Below are positions 22,559 to 33,337 of a stretch of DNA of 64,000 bases, piece by piece. Where the stretch lies: positions 10,428 through 74,427 of the forward strand of contig JAUCBJ010003847.1 in the NCBI GenBank assembly GCA_032718475.1, written 5' to 3'. The translations under genes and the position numbers were made by a program. Below the pieces are notes generated by a model. That model did no database searches and was not told the DNA's origin. It saw only the letters and a list, made by a program, of their open reading frames with translations. Source of the stretch: Nemertoderma westbladi (lineage: Eukaryota; Animalia; Xenacoelomorpha). The first letter of the stretch is position 1; each line of letters opens with the position of its first letter.

Positions 22559-23039
22559 AATAATAATAAATACGAAAAATATTACAAGTGATAAATTTTA
22601 AACTGAATCGCTGTAATCAATTGACACCATAGTTCTCACTCTAAAGTTGTGATGGTCGGAAAACAACACCTGAGAAAAATGATACTGACTCACTCATTGG
22701 ATATCAAACATTAGAACTACTCAATATCGGAATCAGTATCATTTATTCAAGTGTATGATTTTCCGACCAACGAATATACAACGAGTAAGATAATGAAGAA
22801 ATTATTAAGGAAATAACACAATTTCAGAGTGAGAACAAAAAAATTAGATATGGTATCAATTTATTACCATGAAGATTACAAGTGATGAATTTTAATAAAA
22901 ACATTCAGTTATATATAATTTCTGAATATAACATGTAAGCAACAAATATGCGGCATAGTCAACAACGAATAAGAAAAGAGATGTGATGCAATGTGAATGA
23001 ATTGTTGGTTGGTTGGTAGCGTGGGTAGGAAATACGTGT

Positions 23040-23747
23040 ACGAATATGAATCATTGGGTTGTGCGTAATAATAATAATAATCAATAATTATAATAAAAAC
23101 GCTCAGTATAATGTTAGCCTTTCAATATGTCACAGATGTGGTAGGGCTAGGTTGAGTAACTATGGAAATGCGACAACGTGTACGTGTACACATAGCGGAA
23201 TTTCAAGACTCATACTGGTTGGCTGGTTGGTAGGTTGGTTAGTTAGTAACAGCAGTCGAGTAGCGGTGGGTAAATCGATGAGTTGACAATCAATATAATA
23301 GCATAGCTTGGTATATGCAAGTGTGGAGATGGCAACGTCCGTGACTGACTCTATCGTTGTTGTCATGGTAGCGAGGGGAAAGGGGGAGTAACCGGAGGGC
23401 TAGGCAAGCATCGAGTAACAGCAGTCGAGTAGCGGTGGGTGGGTGGGGCTAGGCATGCATCGTGAGGTTAGGCTACGCGAAGATGAATATCGATGATTGG
23501 TTCATGCAACGACGCAAAACAATACTGTCGGTTGGTAACAGCAGTTGAGTAAGGCGTGCATCGCGAGGTTAGGCTACGCGTAGGTGAATATCGATGATTG
23601 GTTGATGCAACGACGCGAATCAATACTGACAGTGACAGATGGTCATTAAAATTCATCAAAATTTAGCATTTTCAATAGTCCTCCGAGATATCTCCCATAG
23701 ACCAAGCTAGGGAGGAGGGGCAGGAGCTCCATCCTTCTTCTACTACT
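23040..23747 (-). repeat. Polinton right terminal inverted repeat
   Basis: Reverse complement of 5604-6311. Confidence 0.97.
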
Positions 23748-26700
23748 AGCGCTGCAACCCTGAACTAGTTGCCGCACATCGTTGGAGATTCCCGGCAATT
23801 ATATCGCCTGCCGGGTTCGTCGCAACGTTTTCTCGATCCCTTGGTGGGATGCGTGAATCCGATTAAGGGTTGCTTTCCATGCTGCCTTGGGAATAATGAG
23901 ACGGTGTCCATATAGGGCGAGGCCCTTGTCCATTGTAAGTTCGTTGCAGATGGACCAATATGGGCCGATTGCAAGGTTAGTGCGGGACTTGGCGGGGAAT
24001 CCTGATTCTATTGCGTCGATAAGTTGTTTATAGTTAGGTTGTTTGGTTAGCGATTTCAAGTGTGGGTCGCTAGGGTGTGAGATCGACTGAGTGTCTGTGT
24101 GTTCCACAATCTTGGCGAGTTTCTATGACTGCATGCAGAAAGTGGGTCATCTCGCCATCGTCCGTGACATTGTCTGGGGTAGGGTCGTCGATGGGGGAGC
24201 GAGATAACGCGTTGGGGATTCAGTGATCCTTGCCCTTTCGCCATATCGTTTTAAATGAGTATGGTATAAGTTTAGACTTTAGTCATTGTAGCCTCGTATT
24301 GTCGGTGTCATTTATCGTATAGCGATCGATGATCATCACCAGTGGTTGGTGATCAATGACCAGGGTGTATGTGGGGAGGCCAAGCAAATATATTCGACAT
24401 TTTTGGGTGGCCCAGACTGCGGCTAAGAGTTCGAGTTCGACCATCGCATATCGGGATTCAGTCGAGGAAACGAAATGTGAACCACATTCCACCAACTTCC
24501 AGTTGTCACTGTGTTTTTGGAGGAGAGCGTAGCCTAGCCCATTATTCCTGGAAGCGTCTGTTTGGAGAACTGTCTCCTTCATCGCATCGAAATGGGACAA
24601 GTACAGACAGAGAGAGCAGGATCTTCTTAGTATGTTCGAATGCGCGATCATGATCGTTGATCCAGTGATGTGGGTTCCTATGACTAAGGAGTTGGCGGAG
24701 TGGTGTTAGGGCCGACGCAATCTCGGTAGAGAATGGAGCGAACTGTTCAACAAGGCCAATAAAACTTCTCAGATTGGTGAGAGTGGTTGGGTGAAGGAAC
24801 TCTGTGATTGCCTTAACTTTGGCGGGGTCGGCTCAAATTCCGTCAGGTCCCAGAATGTATCCCCCAAATTTAACATTCAGTTGGGCCAGCTGTACCTTGT
24901 CAGGATGGAGTTTAATGCTGCGTTCCCGGCACCGCTTCAGGAATTCTCTCACATCGTAGAGGTGTTTCTCTAATCTATCACTATAGATTAAACAGTCGTC
25001 AACAATCTTGGATATGTTTTTTAGTCCGTGAATAGCGTCGTCTCCTCTGCGGTTGTATTCATCACCACTCGAGATAAGTCCCATAGCACTCCTGCAATGG
25101 ATATATCGGCCCCATGGTAGTGGGATCTGCCAGTAGCCGGATGATGCATCAAATACTGAAAAGTATTTGGCAGTATTCGATAATGTATCGCGGGTTGGGA
25201 TCGGAATAGTAAGGACGCTTGACCTGGTTGTTTAAGTTCTGCAGGTCTATACAGAGCCGCAGCTTTCCGCTCAGTTTGCGTGTCACTGTGAATGGATGGG
25301 CCCATTCCATTGGCTCTGAAATCCAGGCGATCACTTCGCATTTCTCTAAATCAACTAAGAGCGATTTAACTTCATCCCGTAAGGCGAAGGGAATTGGCCA
25401 GGCACTGTTTACATGGAATGGCGTTGCCCCTTCCTTTATCTCAATCTCAATATGCATTGCAGGGCCGTCCATCACGCCAAGGGGCTGGGGCCTCGTCATC
25501 GAACACATCGTCGAATTCTTGCGGTTGCGATTGTGTATGGATGATACAGTTAATGGAAGTTGTTGTGGGAACTTCTTCGAGATTATTCCAAGGTCTTCGA
25601 TTGTTTTTCGCGATAAAATCAATCCGTTAAGATTTTGGTAGTCGAAGAGCGCCCATGGTGCTCGATTTGTGCGGGGAATCGGCCAGAAATTTCGAGGTGA
25701 AGGCCATCTGCGGCCAACAAGTCGACGGTACAGCTGGGGGTAAGTAAGATCCCTTATCTTTCCGCCCTTTGAAGTGAACAGCTCGGTGCTCATTATAGTT
25801 GCAGCTGCGCCGCTGTCAGGGAGCGCATTGCGTACATTCCCGAGTTTATTTTGGGTTGTTGGATGATAAAGTTGAAGCTCGATATATCGGAGTTTGCATG
25901 TAGCGGGGGTTGTAGTCACGCAGTTTACACGTTTTCGGAAGATCAGCGTGTTTACTTTATGGTCTGACTTGCCCGATTTCTTCCAAGTTGATCGGCAAGA
26001 CTTTCTCGAAGTGCCCGAGTTTATCGCACCCTTGACATTCAATGTCCTTTGCGGGGCAAAAAGTCTTTCCTGCGGCGTGGTTTCGGCCACAGTTTGAACA
26101 TCCGCCCTCGTTACTGCGATCGGAGCTCTTCCCTCGAGGTTTATCCATCGGCATCACCCTACTGGCGGATTTCCCACATTTGTAAGTGGAAACTTTATTT
26201 ACCAGTTTTCCACCGCCGATATCGACTGGTTGTGTTCACTGGCCTCCCAGCTCTGGCTGGTCCGCACACAATCATTGAGATCTGGTTGAGGGATAATCTT
26301 TAGGAGTTCGGTTCTGAACTCGGAGGATTGGATCCTGACCAGTATCTTAGTAACGATCTTCCTATCATGGCAGTGGTGACATAACCGTGACATAATGTGA
26401 CATAATGGTGACATAATTGTCCGCCAAATCCTCGAGATTTACGCGGAATGAATCAAAGGATTCATTTGGGCCCTGTGTCTGGTTGTGGAAACGAATTGCA
26501 TCAACAGCGATACTGCTTCTTCCGGAGGTGTGCCTGAAGTGCGTTCAAAATCGAATCCATCGTTGTTTCCTGTGCATTGATGTCAACTTTCAGAGTGACA
26601 GTTAGGGTTTGGTGGAGTTCGCTTCCGAGCGCCGAAACAAGATCGTAAACTTGTTCCTGTAAAGAGTAGCTGTTGGCCTGTTGGCGGAATGCGTGGATTG

Positions 26701-27209
26701 TCCAGGCCTTCCTCCATCGCTGGAATGTACCGAAATCGACATCGTTATCGATTTTCTCGAGGCCCGTTATATCTATGGGTTGTCGTCATGAGTCCATCTG
26801 AGCGTATGATAGATCAGTCAGAATCTGGGATGCAGGTGGAGGAGGGGGGTCGACAACCGGGGTTGTGGGCATTCCTTGCCCTTGGAACGATGTGATTATG
26901 CAAGCCAGCTCCGCATTGGGCTTCCAATTCGGTACATTCTGTAACTCTTTCTGCTGCTCGTTCGGCTCGTTGGGCAGTCAGCACTGCCAGGAGTCGATTG
27001 CCAGCATCTGCGCGTTGCGCGTCCAGGACTGCTTTGATATCGGCCAGGGAGAGGGACTGCGCGGTAGCAGGATCCGTGAGATCGCTGTGGATCTCGTCGT
27101 CGCTTGTTGAGGGCGATGTGGGTGGAGGTTTGTTATCCGTTGTAGGCGATGCTGAAGCGGAAGGACGTTTACCTTTCTGGTAGTCCTTCTTCTTCTTCTT
27201 TTGTGCCAT
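23748..27209 (-). pseudogene. Gypsy gag-pol (gag, protease, RT, RNase H, integrase Zn finger), multiply disrupted
   Basis: CSNCGRNH...CPAKDIECQGCDKLGH, ALPDSGA, KLRLCIDLQNLN, MGLISSGDEYNRR, KIVDDCLIY, LQTDASRNNGLGYALLQ, IHASHQGIEK. Confidence 0.92.
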
Positions 27210-27228
27210 CGTCTAGGTTCGTTTATTT

Positions 27229-27238
27229 CACTGCACCA
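27229..27238 (-). promoter_or_regulatory. Primer-binding site of the Gypsy element (TGGTGCAGTG)
   Basis: CA|TGGTGCAGTG on minus strand, between the LTR end and gag ATG (27209). Confidence 0.7.
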
Positions 27239-27979
27239 TGTGCTAAGGTCGTGGGGACCATTATATTAATAATATATAATACCAAATATTCAATAATAAT
27301 CAGTCAGGCTGATGTATTATGGCTGTGACGGGATCAGAGATCCCGACCGGGTAGATTGTTATACGCGTCACCGTAGGCTTTGAGATGGTACTAATAGCTT
27401 GGCCGAGGCCGTTGGAAAAAAGCGATCAGAGTTTGATGTTGTTTCTGGATGTTATAATATATGACAGCACAATTAATATGGCAGAGATAATAGTATATGA
27501 TTGATACCGGTAATAGTATATGATGACAGCCGATGACGATGACGGTGAACAATTGTTACCGGTCTGCACTAAAACTGAGTAACTAACTACCTGATGTACC
27601 AATCCAAGAATCTGACATAATATATGACTACACTAATATTGCTTCACCTCCTACTCTACCTTGGCCTGCTACCTAATGGATGCTCTACTGTGCCCTATCG
27701 CGTGCTTCCCTCCCCCCTATTGGCTAATATGCTACTTCTCACCCTGGCACCATCCCACCATCCCATTTTCTGGTGGGTAATGAAAATGAAGTGGAATTGA
27801 ATCCGCTTACAATGGCCAGTACATTATATAAAGATATTTCAGTCTATATCATGACAGTAGTGTCATGTAGGCCTATATATTTGATACCGAAATTAAAGTG
27901 AAAGTAAGTACTGTTTCGACCTATGACAGTATCTCGGTAATAATGTCCCTAGATGGGGCGAGCCACAAGGGAGGGGAGT
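27239..27979 (-). repeat. Gypsy 5' LTR interrupted by a solo LTR; outer ~13 bp missing
   Basis: Starts TG next to PBS; 27856-27979 matches 4511-4634. Confidence 0.75.
27324..27811 (-). mobile_element. BEL/Pao-family solo LTR with 5-bp TSD ATGGC
   Basis: TG...CA ends match the reverse complement of the ends of LTR 56688-57343; ATGGC at 27319-27323 and 27812-27816. Confidence 0.88.
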
Positions 27980-29352
27980 AAAGAAAAAACACTAGCTAAC
28001 TTAATTAATAATATCTTGTAATGTTCACGAACACTTAACCAATAACAAATATAAAAAAAATACCGTATTTTTAAAATTTTCAAAAATACTAGCTATTAAA
28101 AATAACACTAGCTACCATAAAAAAATATATCTACTAATGTTCTAGAACATTCACCAATATCAAAAAATCATTAAAATCACAAAAAGTGACGGATAAAAAA
28201 ATGGCAGGGGTGACGACTTGACGAAGTAGCACCTAATTTTTGGCTAGAGTTCCGTATAGCACTACAATTTTAAAACATATATAATTGTTACTATGGTAAC
28301 GTTGAAGAGTTCTAGAACAATAGAAAATAATTATTTACTATTCTGGAACATAATAAATAAAATAAAAAATATAATGTTCTAGAACATATAGCTTTTTTTT
28401 TTAATTTTAAAATAGCTAGTAAATTAAAAAAAATTATTTTTAAATAAATTTCTGAATACATTTAAATTAATATTAATTTATAGTGTTTTTGTATACCAAT
28501 GTAACTAATTAGTTTATTTATGCATTGGGTATTTATTGACTTTGGTTGGCCTTTAATATATCATGGAATCCGTTTAAATTTTCCATTTCTAATCTGTTGC
28601 CGCCATATGTACACCATGTCCTGGAATATAGTGTCATATTCAGGTACCTGCCCACCCCCCCCCCCCCCCCCCTAATTTTTCTACAAATCGTAATGAGATT
28701 GCATGAAATTTGAAACAAGGATAGTTTCACCTCCCTCCTCCTTGCTGGGTGAGCCAGAATTTTTATTTCTGCTTTCATTCTTTAGCTACGAAGTGTTTAA
28801 AAAAAAGTGTCTCCATCGGTACTAGTTCAGTATGCGTACAGACCCCACCAAATGTTTTATACTAATTAGTTTTCGATAATTTCTTGTTTTGAAATGCTCT
28901 AGAACATGTTAGCTATTTGTTTATAAAAAATAAAGTTCTAGAAAAGAAATCATATTTTATTTTGGAACATCTTTTTAGAAAAACAAGGTTTGTATTAAAA
29001 TCTTATGAGTTCGTTATATCAACAGTATTTAGCATTTTAATGATTCTCTGGAAACACTATTCTCTTATATAAAATCTAGCTAGTCCTTGTGCCACTTTGC
29101 GCGCAGAAAACTTTCTGGGGCACTAGTAGCATAGGCCCTATTTGTCTCAAATTTGTACCGGTATGTATTGGGTACCAACTGTTTGACATTTTTTTTCATA
29201 TGAAAATGGCTTAAATTTTTAATTGAAAAGTAGGTAATAAAAATTGGTTTTAAATGTTATTTTAAAAACAGTAGTTACCTTAAAAAACACTTGCTTCAAT
29301 AAAAAAATATCAAAAGATAAAACAAGATTAATGTAGGAATCAAATTATAATA

Positions 29353-29912
29353 CACCATGAACCGTGATATAGTGTCATTTTCTGATGACACGGACGCCCC
29401 CCCCCCCCCCCCCCCCAGATTTTTCTACAAATCTTTATCATATTGCTTGACATTTAAAACACCACTAGTTCCACTCACCGTCGTTGACCCCATGAAGCTG
29501 GAATTTTCGTCTGCTTCTTTAAATTTTTTTATTAAGCGTTTTAAAAAAGTGTATTTTGGAAATCGCACCATCCTTATCGTGGCCATTCTCCACATTACAC
29601 GTAATTTCTTCATATCATTAGAAAGCTTGCGTTGCAAGGATTCGAAATATGTAACAATATCTGAATTTCGTTGAGAAACAGCTGAGATATCGGCGTTCAA
29701 AGATTGTAAGAATTATCGTTCGCTGAAAGCCATTTGTAAAAGACACTTTTTTAAAACACTTAAAAAAACTTTTCAAGGTAAAATCGAAAATTCCCGCTTC
29801 ATAAGGACATCGACGGTGAGCTGAACTAGTTTCAAATTGAATGAGATAAATTGATAAAGTGATAAATGTTTTCTTGTCGTCAGAATATGACACTATATTA
29901 CGGGTCATGGTG
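29353..29912. mobile_element. Tc1/mariner-type MITE (TA TSD, ~200-bp imperfect TIRs); related half copy at ~28612-28815
   Basis: TA|CACCATGAACCGTGATATAGTGTCAT...ATGACACTATATTACGGGTCATGGTG|TA. Confidence 0.75.
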
Positions 29913-30207
29913 TATAATATAAGATTTCTGATTCACCACACTTTTTTCCAAGAGATGGTGTCGTCTATCTTAAGGACCTCGCTACAATTTTGATCCTGGA
30001 TATTAGATTGTCCAGTAGTTTTCTTGCATATTATCATTTTGTTTAACGATTGTACTGTAGGTTACTTTGGCTTGTGTCAACTAAAATATCCATAGCTTAG
30101 CTACTGAAACTGCCGCGATTTCTGCATTGTTCATGTTACAACCACAGCCGAGTAATACCGCACCGATAACAGTAGAACAAGGTCATAGCAGTAGATATCC
30201 GACACAA

Positions 30208-31749
30208 ATGGAGGAGAAAAACCATATTAATTTAACTCCTCCAAAGGAGCGGAAAAAACACCTAAGAAGCCCACTTAGACCACGCAGACCTATCGCGCAA
30301 AGAAGACAACTAGATAGGATATTCATGAAGTATGATAAGGTAGAAATTAATGAGGATATATCGGAAAGCGCTAACCATGGTGGGACTAGGCAACTATTCA
30401 ATATGGATGATATAGTCTCTTGGGATGAAGAAAGAGCTACAAGATATATTTCCAAGGATGTAATCGGATGGGTTATACAAAGCACCCCATTTAGAGTTGT
30501 GATTGTTTTACTAATTATAGTGAATTCAATCATGATTGGAATTCAGACAATGGAAACTCTCATGCGTGAATACGAAAGTTTCTTTGCTGCATTTGACATA
30601 TCGTTAACCACGATATTTGTTGGAGAAATATTGTTAAAATGGAGGTATAATTTCTTCTTGTATTGGAAGAGTGGATGGAATTTTCTGGACGTTATACTCA
30701 TTGGAGCAGTCCTTATAGAAGGTAACCTAAAGTTTTTAGTGAGTGGTCGTGTGTTAAGGATACTTAGAGTCCTTAGGGCATTGAGAACCTTCCGTGGTAC
30801 CCAGTTATTTTTTGGATTATCCACTCTGATGGAAACTATCCTCTACTCTCTTCCAGACATGGCTAATATCGCTATGCTTCTGTTAATTGTTATGATGATG
30901 TTTTCCGTAATAGGCTCCATTCTATTTGGGTCTGAATATCCTGAATATTTTGGTAATTTTGCAAATGCGTTGTTTACAAACTTTATCTGCGTCACTCAGG
31001 ATGGATGGGTTGAAATATACCGAAAAAAGATGATCTTGAGCGATATATCAACCTACGCGGCAATATATTTTATGTTATCAATTATAATTGGAGCTTTTGT
31101 TTTTGCGAATATAATTATCGCTGTGGTTGTAACTAATTTAGATAAATCAATTCGAGGAAAAGAAGAGGCCCCGGATGCCATAAAAGACAAAATTAAAAAG
31201 CTCGCATTCACCAACAGAATAGGCTGGTCTGAGCTTGAAAGTAAAATTCCAATGGTTCACCCGAATGTGTCAATGTCTAGTTACAATGTGTTCAAACAAA
31301 AACCATTGGAACTTATCGATTTCTCCAGAGTACATCCATATAGACTGGAAACATATTTTCTTATAATTCTTGCTTTGGAAGAAAATCTCAAACAATATCG
31401 GATACTTCGTGAAAGACTCCAAAGGGTTGTTGAAAAACAAAACGAATACAGTCACAATTTACAAATGAAAAGGAAAGAGACTGTCTTGGAACCAAAATCA
31501 AAACTTCGGCGATCAACATCTATTGATTACGAGCTTATGGGCGAATTAACGCGCAGAGGAGATATAGTTTCTGGAATCGTTGAGATGGATAAACGGAACA
31601 TGTTGGAGAAAGATGATGGACGTGGTGGTATCATTGAATTAGTGCGACCTCAAACCCAGAAACAAACTGCTGCTGCTAAAAATCTAGTGAGGAAAGGATC
31701 GTTGACCACATTGTATGGAGTCCAAGGTCGACAGAGAGACAATAAATAA
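30208..31749 (+). CDS. CATSPER4: CatSper4-like sperm cation channel alpha subunit, copy A (coding region uninterrupted; ORF open from 30127)
   Basis: 6-TM ion-transport domain: WKSGWN.LD, S4 RVLRILRVLRALRTFR, pore ICVTQDGW, S6 GAFVFANIIIAVVVTNL, C-terminal coiled coil. Start chosen as the ATG shared with copy A'. Confidence 0.85.
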   Translation: MEEKNHINLTPPKERKKHLRSPLRPRRPIAQRRQLDRIFMKYDKVEINEDISESANHGGTRQLFNMDDIVSWDEERATRYISKDVIGWVIQSTPFRVVIVLLIIVNSIMIGIQTMETLMREYESFFAAFDISLTTIFVGEILLKWRYNFFLYWKSGWNFLDVILIGAVLIEGNLKFLVSGRVLRILRVLRALRTFRGTQLFFGLSTLMETILYSLPDMANIAMLLLIVMMMFSVIGSILFGSEYPEYFGNFANALFTNFICVTQDGWVEIYRKKMILSDISTYAAIYFMLSIIIGAFVFANIIIAVVVTNLDKSIRGKEEAPDAIKDKIKKLAFTNRIGWSELESKIPMVHPNVSMSSYNVFKQKPLELIDFSRVHPYRLETYFLIILALEENLKQYRILRERLQRVVEKQNEYSHNLQMKRKETVLEPKSKLRRSTSIDYELMGELTRRGDIVSGIVEMDKRNMLEKDDGRGGIIELVRPQTQKQTAAAKNLVRKGSLTTLYGVQGRQRDNK

Positions 31750-32192
31750 TATTACCAAAATTATTAACAGATTTAATATTTACTGTACTAATTTAATATA
31801 TTGCAGTACTTTTTAAACAAATTTTCCTATATAATTATATCGTAAAGTCTATGATGAGTGAATGAAGTTCCTTGTTAGCGATTTGTGCATTGAAATTAGA
31901 GAAGGGGAGGGGGGCTGATTTGATGCAAATCCCATCTCGGATCGCGAATTACTATTTTGCCTCAATGTTAAGTTATCAAATATGGGAAAGGAACAGGTTA
32001 CAGTGGCACTTTAATCTAACGAAGGCAATAAACGAAAGTCAATATAACATATTTTTTGGACTAATTGGATGTTATTGTCTACCATTTGCGTCGATTTTCC
32101 CCTTGTATGGGATGAATTTTGATTGCGTCGAAAGTTCCCAGTTTATGTGAACTTGACACACCAGGCAGTTAGAGCCCATTAGGGCTCCCATT

Positions 32193-33337
32193 GTCCGGGG
32201 GGGGGGGGCACTCCCCCCCCCCCCCCCGGACACTTCCCCTCGGACACTTCCCCCCCAGTTAATGTGTTAAAATTAATATGGGTGTATCAAAGCAATAAAC
32301 AAAAGTTAATGATGGTTACAGGACTAATGTATCCAGACACGTTTTTTCAAAATTATAAAAGAAACATTTTTATAGTCAAATTTTGTTTCTTTTTCTTTTA
32401 ATTGGGGGCTGCTGCCCCCAAACCCCCGCTTCTTAGGTTGGGGGCTGCCGCCCCCAAACCCCGCTTCTTTTGTTGGAGGCTGCCGCCACCAAGCCCCCGC
32501 TTCTTTTCTGTGGGGCTCTCGCCACCAAACCTCGGCATTTCCCTGTTTCCCCGTGGTGAAAGACTTTAAGACCATTTTGAAATAATTAAGTCATGTTTGT
32601 ATCATCAGATAATAAATTGACTAAGCCTAAAGTAGGAGCTGTATTAAATGTTAACAAAATTAATATATAAATTACTACAATATTATATAATTCAACAAAA
32701 TCCTATTGAAAATATTGCAAGTAACCAGGAAATTTAATTAATTTATCAATATGTAATGCTGAACACAGAATACAGGTCGACGCATGTCGATTTTACCCTG
32801 GAGAGGTATAATTTTGATTGCAACAATAATATTCATCCCCATCTGCTACAATTTGAAGAAGACTATTACATAATAATACCTATAATTAAAACAATGAATT
32901 ATTATAATTCTATAGTTAATAAAAACACTATACCATTCGGGGGATGGAATTTATATGTCGTCTAATTAATTGTTTAAAGATGGATGTAATTGCATTGATA
33001 AAATCCATAAATAAAACTTGGATATAAAATGTAAAATCGGGATGCAAAAGATCACTTTCTGAGCTAAGAAAGGAAAATTGGATACAACTTGTCTGGATAC
33101 AAGCGGAAGCGGTCCTTTTACCTTACAAAATGAAAAATAAGAATGTGGGAAGTTAAGAACAGTCGGGGGGGGAAGTGTCCGGGGGGGAAGTGTCTGGGGT
33201 GGGGGGAGTGTCCGGGGGGGGGGGGGGGAAGTGTCCTACTTGAACGGGGGGGGGGGGAAGTGTCCTACTTGAACGGGGGGGGGGGGGGGGGGAAGTGTCC
33301 TACTTGAACGGGGGGGGGGGGGGGGAACTGTCCGGAC
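32193..33337. mobile_element. Foldback-like non-autonomous DNA element with GGACACTTCCCC / GGGGAAGTGTCC inverted subterminal arrays; internal ~33-bp GGGGCTGCCGCCCC repeats at 32404-32532
   Basis: Inverted tandem motifs at 32193-32256 and 33163-33337. Confidence 0.55.

Larger units (their letters stand above)
5604..23747. mobile_element. Full-length Polinton/Maverick (endogenous adintovirus-like), 18,144 bp
   Basis: 5'-AGTAGT...ACTACT-3' termini, 708-bp TIRs, 6-bp TSD AGCGCT (5598-5603, 23748-23753), core genes ATPase, INT, mCP, MCP, PRO, pPolB. Confidence 0.98.
4511..27979 (-). mobile_element. Decayed Ty3/Gypsy (Mag-like) LTR retrotransposon interrupted by a Polinton and a solo LTR
   Basis: Order LTR-PBS-gag(Zn knuckles)-PR(DSG)-RT(VDD)-RH(TDAS)-IN-PPT-LTR on minus strand; LTR sequence shared at 4511-4634 and 27856-27979. 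Confidence 0.92.

Noticed and set aside
30127-31749. Bacterial NaChBac-type channel or horizontal transfer (single-domain, intronless)
   Set aside because: The pore is TQDGW rather than TLESW, long N- and C-termini fit CatSper, and the flanks are animal transposons.
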